Source: Octopus bimaculoides (Eukaryota). From it: a stretch of DNA of 64,000 nt. The stretch is taken from NCBI RefSeq assembly GCF_001194135.2, contig NC_068983.1, positions 100,805,864 to 100,869,863 of the forward strand, in the 5' to 3' direction. This document shows positions 29,501-39,900 of this stretch, piece after piece. The notes beneath the pieces are model-generated. The model was not told where the DNA came from. It saw nothing but the letters and a program-made list of their open reading frames with translations, and ran no database searches. The position numbers and the translations under genes were made by a program. How positions within the stretch are numbered: the first letter of the stretch is position 1; each line of letters opens with the position of its first letter.

Positions 29501-31931
29501 CAAAAATCTCCTGCAAGGAGAACTGTTACTCCTCCCATGAGCGTGCTGTTGTTATTTATGTCTTGGAAGGTACAGTCAAGTATCTCTGGAGCTCCACGAT
29601 GTAACAGTGCACTCATCCCAAACAACAAGGCAAGTTTGTTGGAGAACTGTTGCTATTGCAGAGTTTTTGGAAATGTTGCACATTTGAGATTCTTTCATCA
29701 CAAGGTTTAGAGGGAGCTTGAACATGGAATGAGCAGTTCTTCCTCCATTGAGGACGGTAGCTGTAATACCAGAAGACATAACACTGGAAGAAGGTTAGAT
29801 TTTATTTCCTCCCATTTAGGATTGCAGGTGAAAGTGACAAAAAGATTTGGTTTTCCATATGTCCTGTCATATGTCATAGCATCTCGTGTTCATTCATGCA
29901 TATATCGAGGACCATCTGTGAATGATGATGGGAGGAGTATAAGTTGCCCCATTTTTTGAATATCATCATCTGCCCTCAGAGCATTTTGGAGATGAACATA
30001 AATTTTTAGCCCTTAATTTTTTTTGATTGTTACAAATGTAGTGGAGACGCTGACCCTCAGCCTTAGCATACATATCAACCAGGTCTTGCTGAAATAGATC
30101 ACATTACATGTGTAATTGATTTGATTGTTCTGGTCTTAACTTCAGTTGGTAAGATTAGAAGTCATTTGACAACACCTTTTTGTTTGTAATTGGCTTTCCT
30201 GTTGCAGGTTCAATCTGTGGAATATTGAAATGACACCCATCTTGTCCCTTCCACAGAATAAGCAGATACTGAAGAGCATCATAAGACGGAAAAGTCTCTG
30301 TAACATGTTTAAGATTGTTATCTTGAGCATGAATGAGAATATCACAATTTTCCTGGGAATCACCTACCATAAGGATGGCTACTTCATTAGATGTGGGCTC
30401 ATTAAAATGGTGTAAAATGTCCTTTACTAGAGTTTACTGTAGACGTAACACAGAAACACACACTCACAGACATAGACACTCATAGAATTCATAATACTGA
30501 GAACAGCAAAACGTACACACATGAAGTTCAAGCGAAATGAAATGTAGTCAATATAGGTGCAAAACATACTTTCTGTAGCATATTTATGCTATAAAAGTTT
30601 TTTTAGGGAATATTTCCAAAAAAATATTCCAGTATTAGGAAGTCATCAATTTAGCAAAAATTACTATGCATCACCAATGTAACAAAGTACAGAAAGTCAA
30701 CATTTATTTGGAACTTACTAAATGTTATAGGATATACAGGATTGAACTGTCACGGTGAATAAAGTCAAGCTTGAAGAAAATTCAGAAGGCATAATTCAAT
30801 TTTTCATACAAAAATAATTTATTATTTTACAATTTTTAAACAAACACTGAACAAAGTGTGTACAAAGGAATATGTTGCTGTTGTGAATGCTAATTAATTT
30901 AAAACATTTGCTGAAGGATGTATGTAGCAAGACATAAATTAATTTGACATCACTTACTATATGTTTTTACTGTGTAAGGTTATAGGCTGTAGAATAAATG
31001 CTAACGCAGTAGAAAGATTGTGCGCTATTGAATACTAACACTGTTAAAGCAGCATAGCAGGAATACGATAAGAACGGTAGAACTGTTAAAAAAGCATTGT
31101 CTTCAAACTGGTTATGAGGACTGGAATAGCATTTCTGTAATTATAGTGAAAGAGCTGCTAAGGCTTTCTACTTTGCCAAGTTTTCAAATTTGTTATAACA
31201 ACCAGAATAACATTTTTTTTTTCCACTTATATTTGCGAGTGTTGTGAGTGCTGTCAAATCAACCAAATCTTCATGCTGGTTATAAAAACCTGAATAATAT
31301 TTCAGCACATAAGTAGTGATAATTGTTAATGTTGTTTAAACTGCAACTCTCCATGATGAAAAGGAAAATCCAAAAAGTAGTACTTCAAGATGATGCTGTT
31401 CTTTGTTAAAGGTCCAGGCCGCAAATAAACTAAACTCTTTCAAAATCGGTGTGTTGCACTGTTGGGCGGTACAGTCACATACATATACTAAGACAGACAC
31501 ACACACACACACATACATTCATGCACACCTCAGGCCTATCTCTGTCTCTATGTGTGTCTGTCTCAGTCTTTAGATGTGTGTGTGTGTCACAAAAATGTAT
31601 GCATACTGACAGACATATTCACCCTCACATATATATACTTCTCCGTCATTGGCCTAATGTATGTAACAAACATGCAAACACACACACACTGCCAGAGACA
31701 TACACACTCATATAGAAAATGTGACTTCGTAGTGGTGGTATAAGATGTTGTTTATAATAGTGGACAAATGGACAGATTATAATATTAAATTTTTGTAATG
31801 CAAATATGTAAATGAAAATAAAGTTTATTTGGTAGCTGAAAGATGACTGAATCTTTTGATACCCCATACATCAAAATCGGCACTAAGTTTTTGAACGCAG
31901 AGCATACGTACACGCACACACACAAAGTCTG

Positions 31932-31969
<38 letters not shown>

Positions 31970-34900
31970 CATTGCTATTATGCAAAAGTGTCTTTAAGTC
32001 CAAAATGTTACTTTTTCAGAAAATGAAAAAATAATTTCACCATTCCATTTCTTTTTACATTAGCAACAGTTTCAGCTTAACAATAATATTTTGTTGGGTG
32101 CAATAAATCATAACTTCATGCATGTATAATATTTTCAGTCAGAAATATTTTCGCAAAACTGTTGTATGTGGGACTTACTACACTTTTGATAAATGTTAGA
32201 CTGTTGTAATTTAACAATTTTCATATCTTGGCATCTTAAGTAACTGGAGATACAATAGTTTGACCAAAAGACTCAGCTATTGCAAGCATTCGGCCAAATT
32301 TGGACACACAACAGTTTAACATAATAGCAACGATATATATATTATCTTTTACTTGCTTGTCATTAGACTGTGGCCATGCTGGAACACCACCTTGAAGAAT
32401 TTTTAGTCAAATGAATTGACCCCAGCACTTTTTTTTTAACCTTGGTACTTATTCTATTGCTCTCTTTTGTTGAACACCTAAGTTACAGGGTCACAAACAC
32501 ACATATATATGACAGGCTTCTTTCAGTTTCTGTCTACCAAATCCACTCAAGGCTTTGGTCAATCCGAGGCTGTAGTAGAAGATACTTGCCCAAGATGCTA
32601 TGCAGTGGAACTGAACCTGGAACCATTTTGGAAAGCAAGTTTCTTACCTCACAGCCATGTCTGTGCCTGCACCATATATATATATATATGGGGTAGAGGT
32701 GGCTCCTGTTATTTTTCACAAAGCCATAAGGAAAGCACCTCTTTTAGAAGAAAGATACTCTGACATAAAACTTGCAGTCAAAATAGTATCAGTCATCTTG
32801 CAATTCTTGTCACTGGAAACTATTATGGCCACTAAGAGAGTGGCAACAGCATACAGATATCATCATCATCGTTTAACGTCCACTTTCCATGCTAGCATAG
32901 GTTGGACAGTTTGACTGAAGACTGGCATACCAGTAGGCTGCACCAAGCTTCATATCCTGGTCTGCTTTGAATTTTATAAAGTCCTATGGTAATGGATACA
33001 TAGTAAAAGTCATATCTGCACACTTGTAAGGATGAAGGCAAATTGGAACAATGAAGCTAAATGTGAGGAAGCTTTCATCCAATAAGATGAGGCAATCCTC
33101 ATATATCATATCATATCACACACACATACACACACTTGCAATACATCAGCTTGTATTTTTTTTTTTTTAATTTCAGATGGTTGAGTTACTGTTATCATAT
33201 GGAGCCAAAGTGAACTTAGCTGACCATTGTGGGAATAGTCCTTTACATCACAGTTGTCATAGAGCAAATATTCCTTTAGCTACTATGCTACTAGAGGTAT
33301 TTACTTTTTTATTTCAAAAGTGTGTATGTCTTTTCAAAATTCTTTAGCATTCATTTTAACTATTACAGCTAAGGCCATGTTGAAGTACTGATATTAGGTT
33401 TTTATTTTTATTTTTCACTCCCTTTTAAACGTTTAGGAAGAAAAATTTTTGTAATAGTTGTCCACTATTTCTAAGTTACATTTAGCTGTATCTCCGTTAC
33501 TCTCTAGACACATACACCAATATGTAACTCTACAACATTAGCAATCAATATTCATTATTGTGGACTAAAATTTAAAATATATAAGGTATATTTGTTTAAA
33601 GTTATATTTAATGCATTCAAGTATATTCAGACATGTGAAGAACTTTTGTTGTGGAAATAGTCATGGGAAAAAAGTCTCCTTTTAGACGAATGGTTAATGT
33701 ATTAGGCTGTGAATGACATTGAATTGTATAATGCATGCATTTCTACGTTCTTTTGATTCATCAGCTATGAACAGCAAAAGTATGCTTGCTGATGTGTGTA
33801 AATCTTGGTCAAGCTAGAATTAAATAACTTAACTGTAACAGTATCCCAAACTTGTAAAGCAAATTTAACTTGTGGTGTGTTAATTGTTGCAATTCTTATT
33901 GCGTTGTTTCTCATCGATTTATGAATTAAAATATATACTTTAAATTCTATTTTAGAAAATAGTTTTAAATTTGCAAGCAGCCGTTTTCATTTTAGTCAAA
34001 ATATTAAAAAATTTTCTTTATTCTTTTCCTGTTCTACATTAATACATTTGATTTATGTTTTTTTTTATATTCCATTTGTACTTTTTCTAGCATGGTGCTC
34101 GAGTAAACCAACGTAACCATATTGGAAGCACCTGTTTGCATGAGGCAGTGGGTACCAACAATGCAAATTTAGTGGCCTTGCTACTTGAGGCTGGTGCTAA
34201 TATCAGTCTAGTAAATCTTTTAAATCTGTCTCCAGTGCATTTAGCAGAGGTATGTACTAAAGTATTTTGAATGGGAAGTATCTTTTGCTACTTTGGCATT
34301 ACATTTTTTATTAAAATTGGTCTTAAATATTCATCATCATCATCATTTTACAGCTGCTTTCTATGCTGGCATGAATTGGATGAGTCATCATGATCCAAGT
34401 CATTTCTTATTGGAAGCTACTGCTCCTAAAGACTGATGCTCATATGCATCATAATGGCTTGGTTTCTGTGGCTGGATGCCCTTCCTATCACCAATCACTT
34501 CAACAGGTTTATTGGATGTGTTTTTTTTAAATACTGAACAACTTAAGACATGTGGATGAAGAAAGGAAATAGGAGAGGGAATAATGGCAGCAATGATGCT
34601 AGAAATGGATAGGAATTGAGAAGGAAAGTAAGAATGAAGTGTAGAGAGTACTTAATAGCTTAGAGCATGTGCATTTGCTCAGGTGATCCCAAAGGAAGAG
34701 AGTAAACCAGAATGAGTGAGATAATGGAAGGAGCAAGAGAAAATTAGGGGTTGGAGTTAGTGGAGGAAGAATTGACAACAACAGAGGTAGAATAGGTAAT
34801 GGTGAGTGATGAGATAAAGGCAAGAGGGAGAGCAGTGGCTGGTAGTATAGCAGCTTTTATCAAAGCTTACTTCACACTCTTTTTGCATACTCACCCCTAT

Positions 34901-36009
34901 CTCACATATCTAACTCTCACTTACCCTTCTCTCCTTTATTCTCATCTTTTCGTCATTCATAGCCTGCATTTCCTCCAATCTTTCTTCTCTCCACCACCTT
35001 GCAGACTGCATTATCCACTTCACTTTACTCTGGAGTATGCAAAGAGAGCGGGAAGTAGGTTTTGAAAAAAACCTTCTGTACCACCAGCCACTACTCTCCC
35101 TCCTGCCTTTATCTCATCACTCACCATTACCTCTTCCACCTCAACTGGTGGGTGAGTGTGATTAAGGACCTTCAGAAAAGCAAGAAATCACAGTAAAGTG
35201 AAGTGGATAATGTAGACTGAAAGGTGGTGGAGAAAAGAAAGATTAGAGGAAGTGTAGGCTATGAGTGACGTAAACATGAAAATCATAGATAGAGGTGAGT
35301 ATGCAAAGAGAATGGGAAGTAAGTTTTGCAAAAAATATTACCTATTCTATTGAGAGAGGACAGTTTCTTCTGGGCTACTGTGTAGTCAGTAAAGTTCATG
35401 TCCTTAATTGGTTGTTCCACCACACTACTGTCAACTTGAATTGACCCTTTATCCCATGCATTCTCTTCATTCAACAGCCTCTCATTGTAGCACTTGTCAT
35501 CTGAGTTCACCTCTAGATATATGTAGCTGATGCCTAACGTTGAGGTATTTGTTTCCAAATCTATTCCAGTTTGTTTGCACTTCAAAACTGCAAGAGCCTT
35601 GATTATTCCTCATGCCAATTCCATACCCTCCTTTACTTGCTTAACATTACTATAATTTTTTGTTGATAAGCAAACAGTAAGCACCAATGCAATGTGACAG
35701 AAGTTGTATGATTTCCCTGAAGAACTTATCTTGCTTATTAAGAAGACTCAGATATTGATTTATTGTGAAAAAATACAAATAAAATAGGGAGAGCTAAAAT
35801 GAGAGGATTCTGAAAACCTATTCAGATGAATACAAAAAATATAAAAGCATGTTCTCACATACTTTAGATGTTAGATTTTTTTGTCAGAATAAAATTTCTA
35901 ACACATAATTGCATTTTCTATTTTAATTCTATAGAACCAAAGTATTAAACATTTATTGGTGAGTTTCCTAAACACTAAAGAACCACAAGGATCAGAAGCA
36001 ATCTTTTAA
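536..36009 (+). CDS. ANKRD27: ANKRD27/VARP (VPS9 + ankyrin repeat protein), 5'-partial, 18 exons: join(536-592,3026-3168,4188-4324,5560-5650,5763-5828,8154-8241,8366-8479,9909-10098,12592-12731,13117-13209,15358-15466,17283-17440,17776-17940,18277-18411,27984-28178,33177-33296,34091-34249,35935-36009)
   Basis: Manual splicing: every intron is GT..AG and phases are compatible; 2235 nt = 745 codons including the stop. The translation shows VPS9 motifs (TSDDLLPLLIFIIVKSEIPNW, SYYLATIEAA), two CHPLCxCxxC fingernails and two ankyrin blocks in the order known for VARP. Confidence 0.93.
1717..2366. mobile_element. Non-autonomous DNA transposon (MITE), 28-bp perfect TIRs, 8-bp TSD CAATGAAT, internal TTAGGG repeats (Merlin- or hAT-like)
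   Basis: GGATCTATTTCAAAACGGGGGCACCAGT at 1717-1744 and its exact reverse complement at 2339-2366; CAATGAAT at 1709-1716 and 2367-2374. Confidence 0.9.
3026..3168 (+). CDS. ANKRD27: ANKRD27 exon (TYVLHQLHKSLF...DIRESF)
   Basis: tttttcag acceptor, at|gtaag donor, open frame, VPS9 N-terminal helices. Confidence 0.88.
4188..4324 (+). CDS. ANKRD27: ANKRD27 exon, VPS9 (NNIPIARKEIARLNKYSTPMGKLYCIQRL...)
   Basis: gttttag acceptor, g|gtattc donor; VPS9 'ELxxLN..TP..KL.C' pattern. Confidence 0.92.
4815..5220 (-). mobile_element. tRNA-derived SINE (family A)
   Basis: Reverse complement of the element at 55436-55830, with A/B-box-like head and (TA)/(CA) middle; further copies near 5900-6400, 28387-28565, 32345-32660 and 48785-49150. 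Confidence 0.8.
5560..5650 (+). CDS. ANKRD27: ANKRD27 exon, VPS9 catalytic loop (DVMTSDDLLPLLIFIIVKSEIPN)
   Basis: tttatctag acceptor (alternative in-frame cag at 5580), tg|gtatgt donor; DDLLP motif. Confidence 0.92.
5763..5828 (+). CDS. ANKRD27: ANKRD27 exon, VPS9 (WCSNLAYVQHFNFSRASNKDEY)
   Basis: ttttag acceptor, ag|gttagt donor, phase 2-2. Confidence 0.9.
8154..8241 (+). CDS. ANKRD27: ANKRD27 exon, VPS9 end (SYYLATIEAALEQIRSG...)
   Basis: ctttttttag acceptor, cag|gtatgt donor; VPS9 Y-x-L-x-T/S-x-EAA motif. Confidence 0.92.
8366..8479 (+). CDS. ANKRD27: ANKRD27 exon, linker (WFDSSVDVVIG...SPTDIFFQ)
   Basis: ctttttag acceptor, caa|gtaagt donor, 114 nt open, phase 0-0. Confidence 0.82.
8970..9230 (+). 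mobile_element. 3' fragment of an R4/Dong-type non-LTR retrotransposon (restriction-like endonuclease C-terminus)
   Basis: Frameshifted translation EEIEKYKDLAE..KRLWKTKV..IPVVIGVLGTTPK..LQKSAIL..AGILR matches the RLE-LINE C-terminal pattern; adjacent to (TAA)n. Confidence 0.7.
9909..10098 (+). CDS. ANKRD27: ANKRD27 exon with zinc fingernail 1 (CHPLCSCDKC) and start of ankyrin block 1
   Basis: ttttgcag acceptor, g|gtaaag donor; HPLCxCxxC and RDDRGYT motifs. Confidence 0.95.
12592..12731 (+). CDS. ANKRD27: ANKRD27 exon, ankyrin repeats (ALHVAAAAGH...TPMHLACQKGFQSVT)
   Basis: gtttag acceptor, act|gtatgt donor; ankyrin TPLH-type motifs. Confidence 0.95.
13117..13209 (+). CDS. ANKRD27: ANKRD27 exon, ankyrin (LLLVHFG...GNTPLHSCAANGHEE)
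   Basis: tttgtag acceptor, gaa|gtgagt donor. Confidence 0.94.
13546..15263 (+). mobile_element. 5'-truncated RTE-clade LINE (reverse transcriptase C-terminal half plus 3' tail), sense orientation in an ANKRD27 intron
   Basis: GKSTTDAIFLVRQLQEKYLAKDKPLYLAFVDMEKA, PWELLCADDLALIAES, VVDSFLYLGDQ, MLHGSETW; stops and frameshifts; (ATG)n tail; ~60-bp tandem units at 14860-15110. Confidence 0.92.
15358..15466 (+). CDS. ANKRD27: ANKRD27 exon, ankyrin (CVKALVFSDC...GDTALHLAAKWGY)
   Basis: tttatccag acceptor, g|gtaag donor. Confidence 0.94.
15556..15790 (+). mobile_element. SINE (family B, core GCCTTTCATCCTTTCGGGGTCGAT..AAGTACCA)
   Basis: The same core recurs at ~8500-8950 (-), 15890-16040 (-), 43160-44170, 60400-60545 and 62640-62780; the core resembles the Meta-type SINE domain (from memory). 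Confidence 0.75.
16591..16828. repeat. Near-perfect palindrome/foldback element (~118-bp arms, 1-nt spacer at 16709)
   Basis: agagtcatt...ttttcaatagttttga c tcaaaactattgaaaa...aatgactct; few mismatches. Confidence 0.9.
17283..17440 (+). CDS. ANKRD27: ANKRD27 exon (ENIVETLIENNA...YYAGR)
   Basis: ttcttccag acceptor, cga|gtaagt donor. Confidence 0.92.
17776..17940 (+). CDS. ANKRD27: ANKRD27 exon (YSPERK...QEKLFKAIKNHDVQL)
   Basis: cctttacag acceptor, ttg|gtaaga donor, 55 codons. Confidence 0.9.
18277..18411 (+). CDS. ANKRD27: ANKRD27 exon with zinc fingernail 2 (CHPLCQCEKC)
   Basis: ctcttcag acceptor, cag|gtagag donor; second HPLCxCxxC. Confidence 0.94.
18748..18965 (+). mobile_element. TTAA-flanked MITE (piggyBac-like termini)
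   Basis: TTAA|CTCTTTAGTGTTTAAA ... TCTAAACACTAAAGGG|TTAA; related copies at 21562-21781 (opposite orientation) and from 48352. Confidence 0.75.
20168..21050 (-). mobile_element. Repeat with ~170-bp direct terminal duplication, Penelope-like pseudo-LTR arrangement (tentative)
   Basis: 20168-20350 is nearly identical to 20889-21050; a related sequence lies on the + strand at 52519-52670; CTGATGA and CGAAAC boxes on the minus strand. Confidence 0.45.
24668..25760 (-). mobile_element. Decayed RTE LINE (RT C-terminus and tail)
   Basis: Minus-strand remnants VHQ..SPLL.IIVL..FKTRC..LLY and CKLWVHKRCSGI, homologous to the RTE at 13546-15263. Confidence 0.65.
27122..27485 (+). mobile_element. Non-autonomous Helentron/DINE-like element
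   Basis: TTACCTCC..GGCAGAGGT 5' subterminal repeat; 3' CCTTGGCAGAGGTTTGCGCTCTCTGAGTGC with terminal hairpin; T-rich flanks. Confidence 0.55.
27560..27856 (+). mobile_element. Tc1/mariner 3' remnant
   Basis: Degraded 'LAELKE.IQLAMQEITPEMLQNVF' transposase tail; ends CTGGGACATCCTG|TA. Confidence 0.4.
27984..28178 (+). CDS. ANKRD27: ANKRD27 exon, ankyrin block 2 (KLAKKQNDIDVN...FTPLHLACMNDDIE)
   Basis: ttttag acceptor (tandem TAG/AAG), gag|gtgaag donor; two ankyrin motifs. Confidence 0.92.
28314..30450 (-). mobile_element. Decayed Helitron (Rep and PIF1-like helicase pseudo-ORF) with intact 3' end
   Basis: Minus-strand peptides PSYDALQY, LFQQDLVDMYAK, SSGITATVLNGGRTAHSMFKLPL, GGVTVLLAGDF.Q.LPVI, LCNGT, QFPVKLSFGISINKSQG; 3' end CCTGGGTAATGCCGGG hairpin followed by CTAG|T (CTAG at 28314-28317); SINE inserted at 28387-28565. 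Confidence 0.9.
33177..33296 (+). CDS. ANKRD27: ANKRD27 exon, ankyrin (MVELLLSYGAKVN...GNSPLHH...)
   Basis: long poly-T tttcag acceptor, gag|gtattt donor. Confidence 0.93.
34091..34249 (+). CDS. ANKRD27: ANKRD27 exon, ankyrin (HGARVNQRN...LSPVHLAE)
   Basis: tttttctag acceptor, gag|gtatgt donor. Confidence 0.93.
35935..36009 (+). CDS. ANKRD27: ANKRD27 probable terminal coding exon (NQSIKHLLVSFLNTKEPQGSEAIF*); an internal donor after 35958 is also possible
   Basis: ttctatag acceptor; NQSIKHLL completes the last ankyrin helix; TAA at 36007-36009; TTG|GTGAGT inside the exon. Confidence 0.65.
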   Translation, partial: NQSIKHLLVSFLNTKEPQGSEAIF

Positions 36010-36453
36010 TATTCAATCTTCCAGTTTAATTCCAGGTTAGTTTATTGTTGAAAATTATTTTTCTCTTTTCTATATAAAGTTTTTTTTTTTGTAAAATACT
36101 TAGTTAAAGTTGCAGGTTTTTATTAATAATACTTCATGAAATTATGTCAATATTTACCTAAAATGTGCTCTTTACCCCCCCCCCCCCAGCTGTCCCATTA
36201 ATCAAATACAAGCATTTTAAAGAATCTTTAGCATAAGAGGCACATAAGTTCAAATCTCACCACTTTATCTCTTATGTTGTGTTCTTTAATAAGATATTTA
36301 ATTGTAGTTGCTCCTGTTTCCTTAATTGATATAAAACGAACATTGCTTTCTACTTCAAGGTAATTAAGCAAAATGGCGTCTAGCTCTAAAAGTGATTGTT
36401 TCAACTAAACTTCCCAAATTGGTTCACAAATGAAAATTAAACCTGTTAGTATA

Positions 36454-36951
36454 TGAGGTACATTCCAGAAGTTTTGAGACATTTTTTGGACTGGCAGTTA
36501 TAACTTTCCTAGAATATTGTAATTTTAGTATATCATTACTATACATCTAATGAGCTGATCTGCCAACTTTTGTTATTCCAGATTGAAAGAGACAGCTGTA
36601 ACAGCACTTTGAACACAACTTGTCACAGCTTACTAAACACTGCTTCTCACAATTCCATCCTGGTAACTGCTTGACAGAGATGGGCATCAAAACTGTCCCT
36701 CACCCTCCCTACAGTCCAGACCTTGTGACTTTTTTTTTTGTTTTTTTCCCAAGCTGAAAAGGAACCTCATTGAGGAAGAGGAGGAGGAGGCTGTGACAAG
36801 GGTCATAGGGTCTTCTTGAAATAGCTAGAGTACTATAATAAGTGCATTGAAGTCAGAGGATCCTACTTTGAAGGAAATTACAGTTTCATACTTCTTTAAA
36901 ATTAATACATGCCTCTCCTGAAAAGTCTCAAAACTTCTGGAATACATCTCA
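36454..36951 (+). mobile_element. Internally deleted mariner element with 27-bp TIRs
   Basis: TGAGGTACATTCCAGAAGTTTTGAGAC / GTCTCAAAACTTCTGGAATACATCTCA; internal GIKTVPHPPYSPDL..F.PKLKRNL and YNKCIEVRGSYFEG mariner motifs; TA on the left flank. Confidence 0.85.
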
Positions 36952-39900
36952 AATTTGTAATTCCTATTATTGTTGTTGTTGTTGTTATAGGATTTGTGAA
37001 AAGTATCTTTATAATATCTGTACATTATAATTATATAAAATCTGTATTTTCAGGTGAATAAACCTTGCCATTATAAATGAATTGAAGCAACATTTCCAGA
37101 AAAGTCCACTGTCAACAGTAAAGCCATGTTTTCTTCTGCTTCACATGAGAAAGAAAACACCCTATCAGTCTTTGCAAAAATTTTAATGGTTTCTTTTGAC
37201 GCACAATCAATTCTCTGTTTGCATTGAACCATGTAATTTGAAGATATTTTAATCTTATAAGAAATCCACAATGACTAGAAATTGATCTCCACAGATTATA
37301 AAGGCATGTACAACTTTATATTAAATGATATTTGTTGTTTGTTTTTAATGAAAATATCAACTTCACTGTTTTCCCCTTCTAATTATAATACTTTTTTTAT
37401 CTCTAATTGTAATACCCGTTTTTTTTTTTTAATCTTGAAAGGGTCTTTTTTTTTCCAATTCTTTGTCTTTATACAACCTGGTCATTAACTATTCTATCCA
37501 AAATAACGAATTTCCTTTGTATTCTTTGATTTTATCCTTCTGTCACTTATTTTCCCACCTCTTCCCAATTGAACTTAATGTTTGCAATTAAATTGAAAAA
37601 CTATTGTTATATTAGTCCACATGCCATGCTATTCAATAACTACCATGATAATTCAATGTATGTATTTTACAGTGTTAAATTACATAATTAAGATAGTATT
37701 AGTGGAAGTTTCGCATTGCCTTGAGGTCCTCTTGTAAGACATAGCTACAGCTTTCCTGAAGTTTTGTGTTTCTGAATAAACTACATCTCAGTTATGGAAT
37801 GCTCTTACCAGTGGAATTACTGGCCTGCTAAAATGAAGCTCACATTAATTATTAATGTGATATATTGCGAAAGACTATTTAACTAGTTTATCATATGATT
37901 AAAAAAAATTTTATCAGTAGATCAGCATTTAGCTATTTTGATCTTCACCTTATTGTAAAATGTATTTCTACTCTATTCAAAAGAATCTCTAGTTTGGGGA
38001 AATAATGTTCCAAGTATTAACTTTTACTAACCAAGACTGTTATAATGAAATGACATGCCATCTTATTCTATTGAAGTGATTTGTATCTCATTGTATTGAT
38101 GAGTTTTTTTTGTTTTTTTCTTCTTTTTTTTTTTTTTTGGTAATGTCAGAATTCTTTCACTTCTCACTTTAGTTTCTTTATAATTTAAAATTTCTTACCA
38201 AATATTTTTTATTTGGAACTCTCTGTCCTTGTAATTTTTTTTTAATCATGTGGATATTATAGACAAACTTATTCTGCCAATGTACAATTACAAGTCTTTG
38301 TCAAGATTATTCTACCAGCTAACCGTCCATCACATTCAGTATACTTTCAAGTAAAATATCACTGATATGTTCATATATTACTTCATTTTTAACTCTAGGT
38401 TCTGACTGAAACAATTTACCTTTTTAATATCTTTCACACACACACACATCTTTGGGTCTTCAGCAGTTTGAAGCTTGACTGATGGACTTGGTTTCACCTT
38501 TGGTATACATTATTTCTTTGCTCATCCCTGATGCCACTTAGGGAAAACACACATCCTACCAGTGCAGAAATAGTTGTTGAGTACAATCAGTTGGATTGTA
38601 TATTGTTTTATATTGGTTGAATATTGCATTGTTGTTCTGATTAAAAGATTGATTAAAGCTTTTTGCATATTCTGGAAACCTATTTTATTCTTTATAAATG
38701 AAGAATAAACCAGTTTTTATTATGTTCATTTCAAATAAACTATTCAAATTTGTTTTTAAGATATATATAACAAACTGGTACAGAGTATTTTCTTGCTACC
38801 TAAAATAAAAGGAAAGTATTCTGAAGTGTCTTCATGTTTATAATTATTTAACAGTTTGTATTAGATATCATCAGTATTTCATTTGTTAGGGGTATAATCC
38901 GGAATCTGAGGAAACTAGTGATGTTCTACCTCAGCAACAGTTTTTCACCAGGAGAATTTAATAAGTTCAATTGTAGGGGTGTCATATCCAACTCAAGTGT
39001 CCTTGTGTTAGATTCTATGCTACTTAGAGCAATTGGACTCACTGAACGCTCCTATTTTATTTGACAACTTGTTGTGTGAAGAATGAGCCACTTGTTGACT
39101 TATTACCAGACATTATTGGGTATTTATCATTTTCTGATATACATTCTCCCATGCTGTGTAAAATATTTATCATCTTCGTACCTACTCTCTTTTTTTTCTT
39201 TCATACATATGTACAATCTCACTCACTATTGTATCTAGGTCAATTGTTTTTTATCAAGTTGTGTCAAGTATTTGTGAATTAAAAAAAAAAATTAAATTAC
39301 AAATATATATAATTTGTCAATTTGTTATAAATTTTTTTACCTTTCATTTCATTTGTATTTTTCTCCAAAATAAAAACTCTGTAAAGATTTGTTTTTCAGA
39401 TTTTTGGGGGGAGATTTTTTAAAATAAAAATAAAATATACATTTTTTTAAACATCATACCTGCTATGTATAAATCAAAATTTGTTCAATAATAATTTGGA
39501 TTATTTTTTTTGTTTCTAGTTTTTTTTTTTTTTTGTATCATCATTTTGATAAAATTTAAAGTGCTTCTCTACATGTTTTGAATCTCTTACTTCTGCCAGT
39601 CCAACCAAAACTAGTTATCCAGTAAAAATGGTAACTACATTTGTAAGTTTTAATATCTGGGTAAATGATACTATGCTTAGTTCAAATCCAAACGTTCCAT
39701 AACGCACACTGCTAATATATAATTTACATCACATCTAACAAATAATACATACATTACTGTTGATAACTGTATTTATCAACCATCTGTGTGTGGGTTTCTT
39801 TTTTCATGCCACTGGAGATATATCACTTTTCAACAGTGAGCTAATTTGGGAACCTCTGCAGTTGCTTCACCTACTGAAGCAGTTAAATTTCCCTCAAATT

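Noticed and set aside
28778-30370. Host PIF1 helicase gene on the minus strand
   Set aside because: Frameshifts and stops, no splice signals, associated Rep motifs and a CTAG terminus identify it as a Helitron relic
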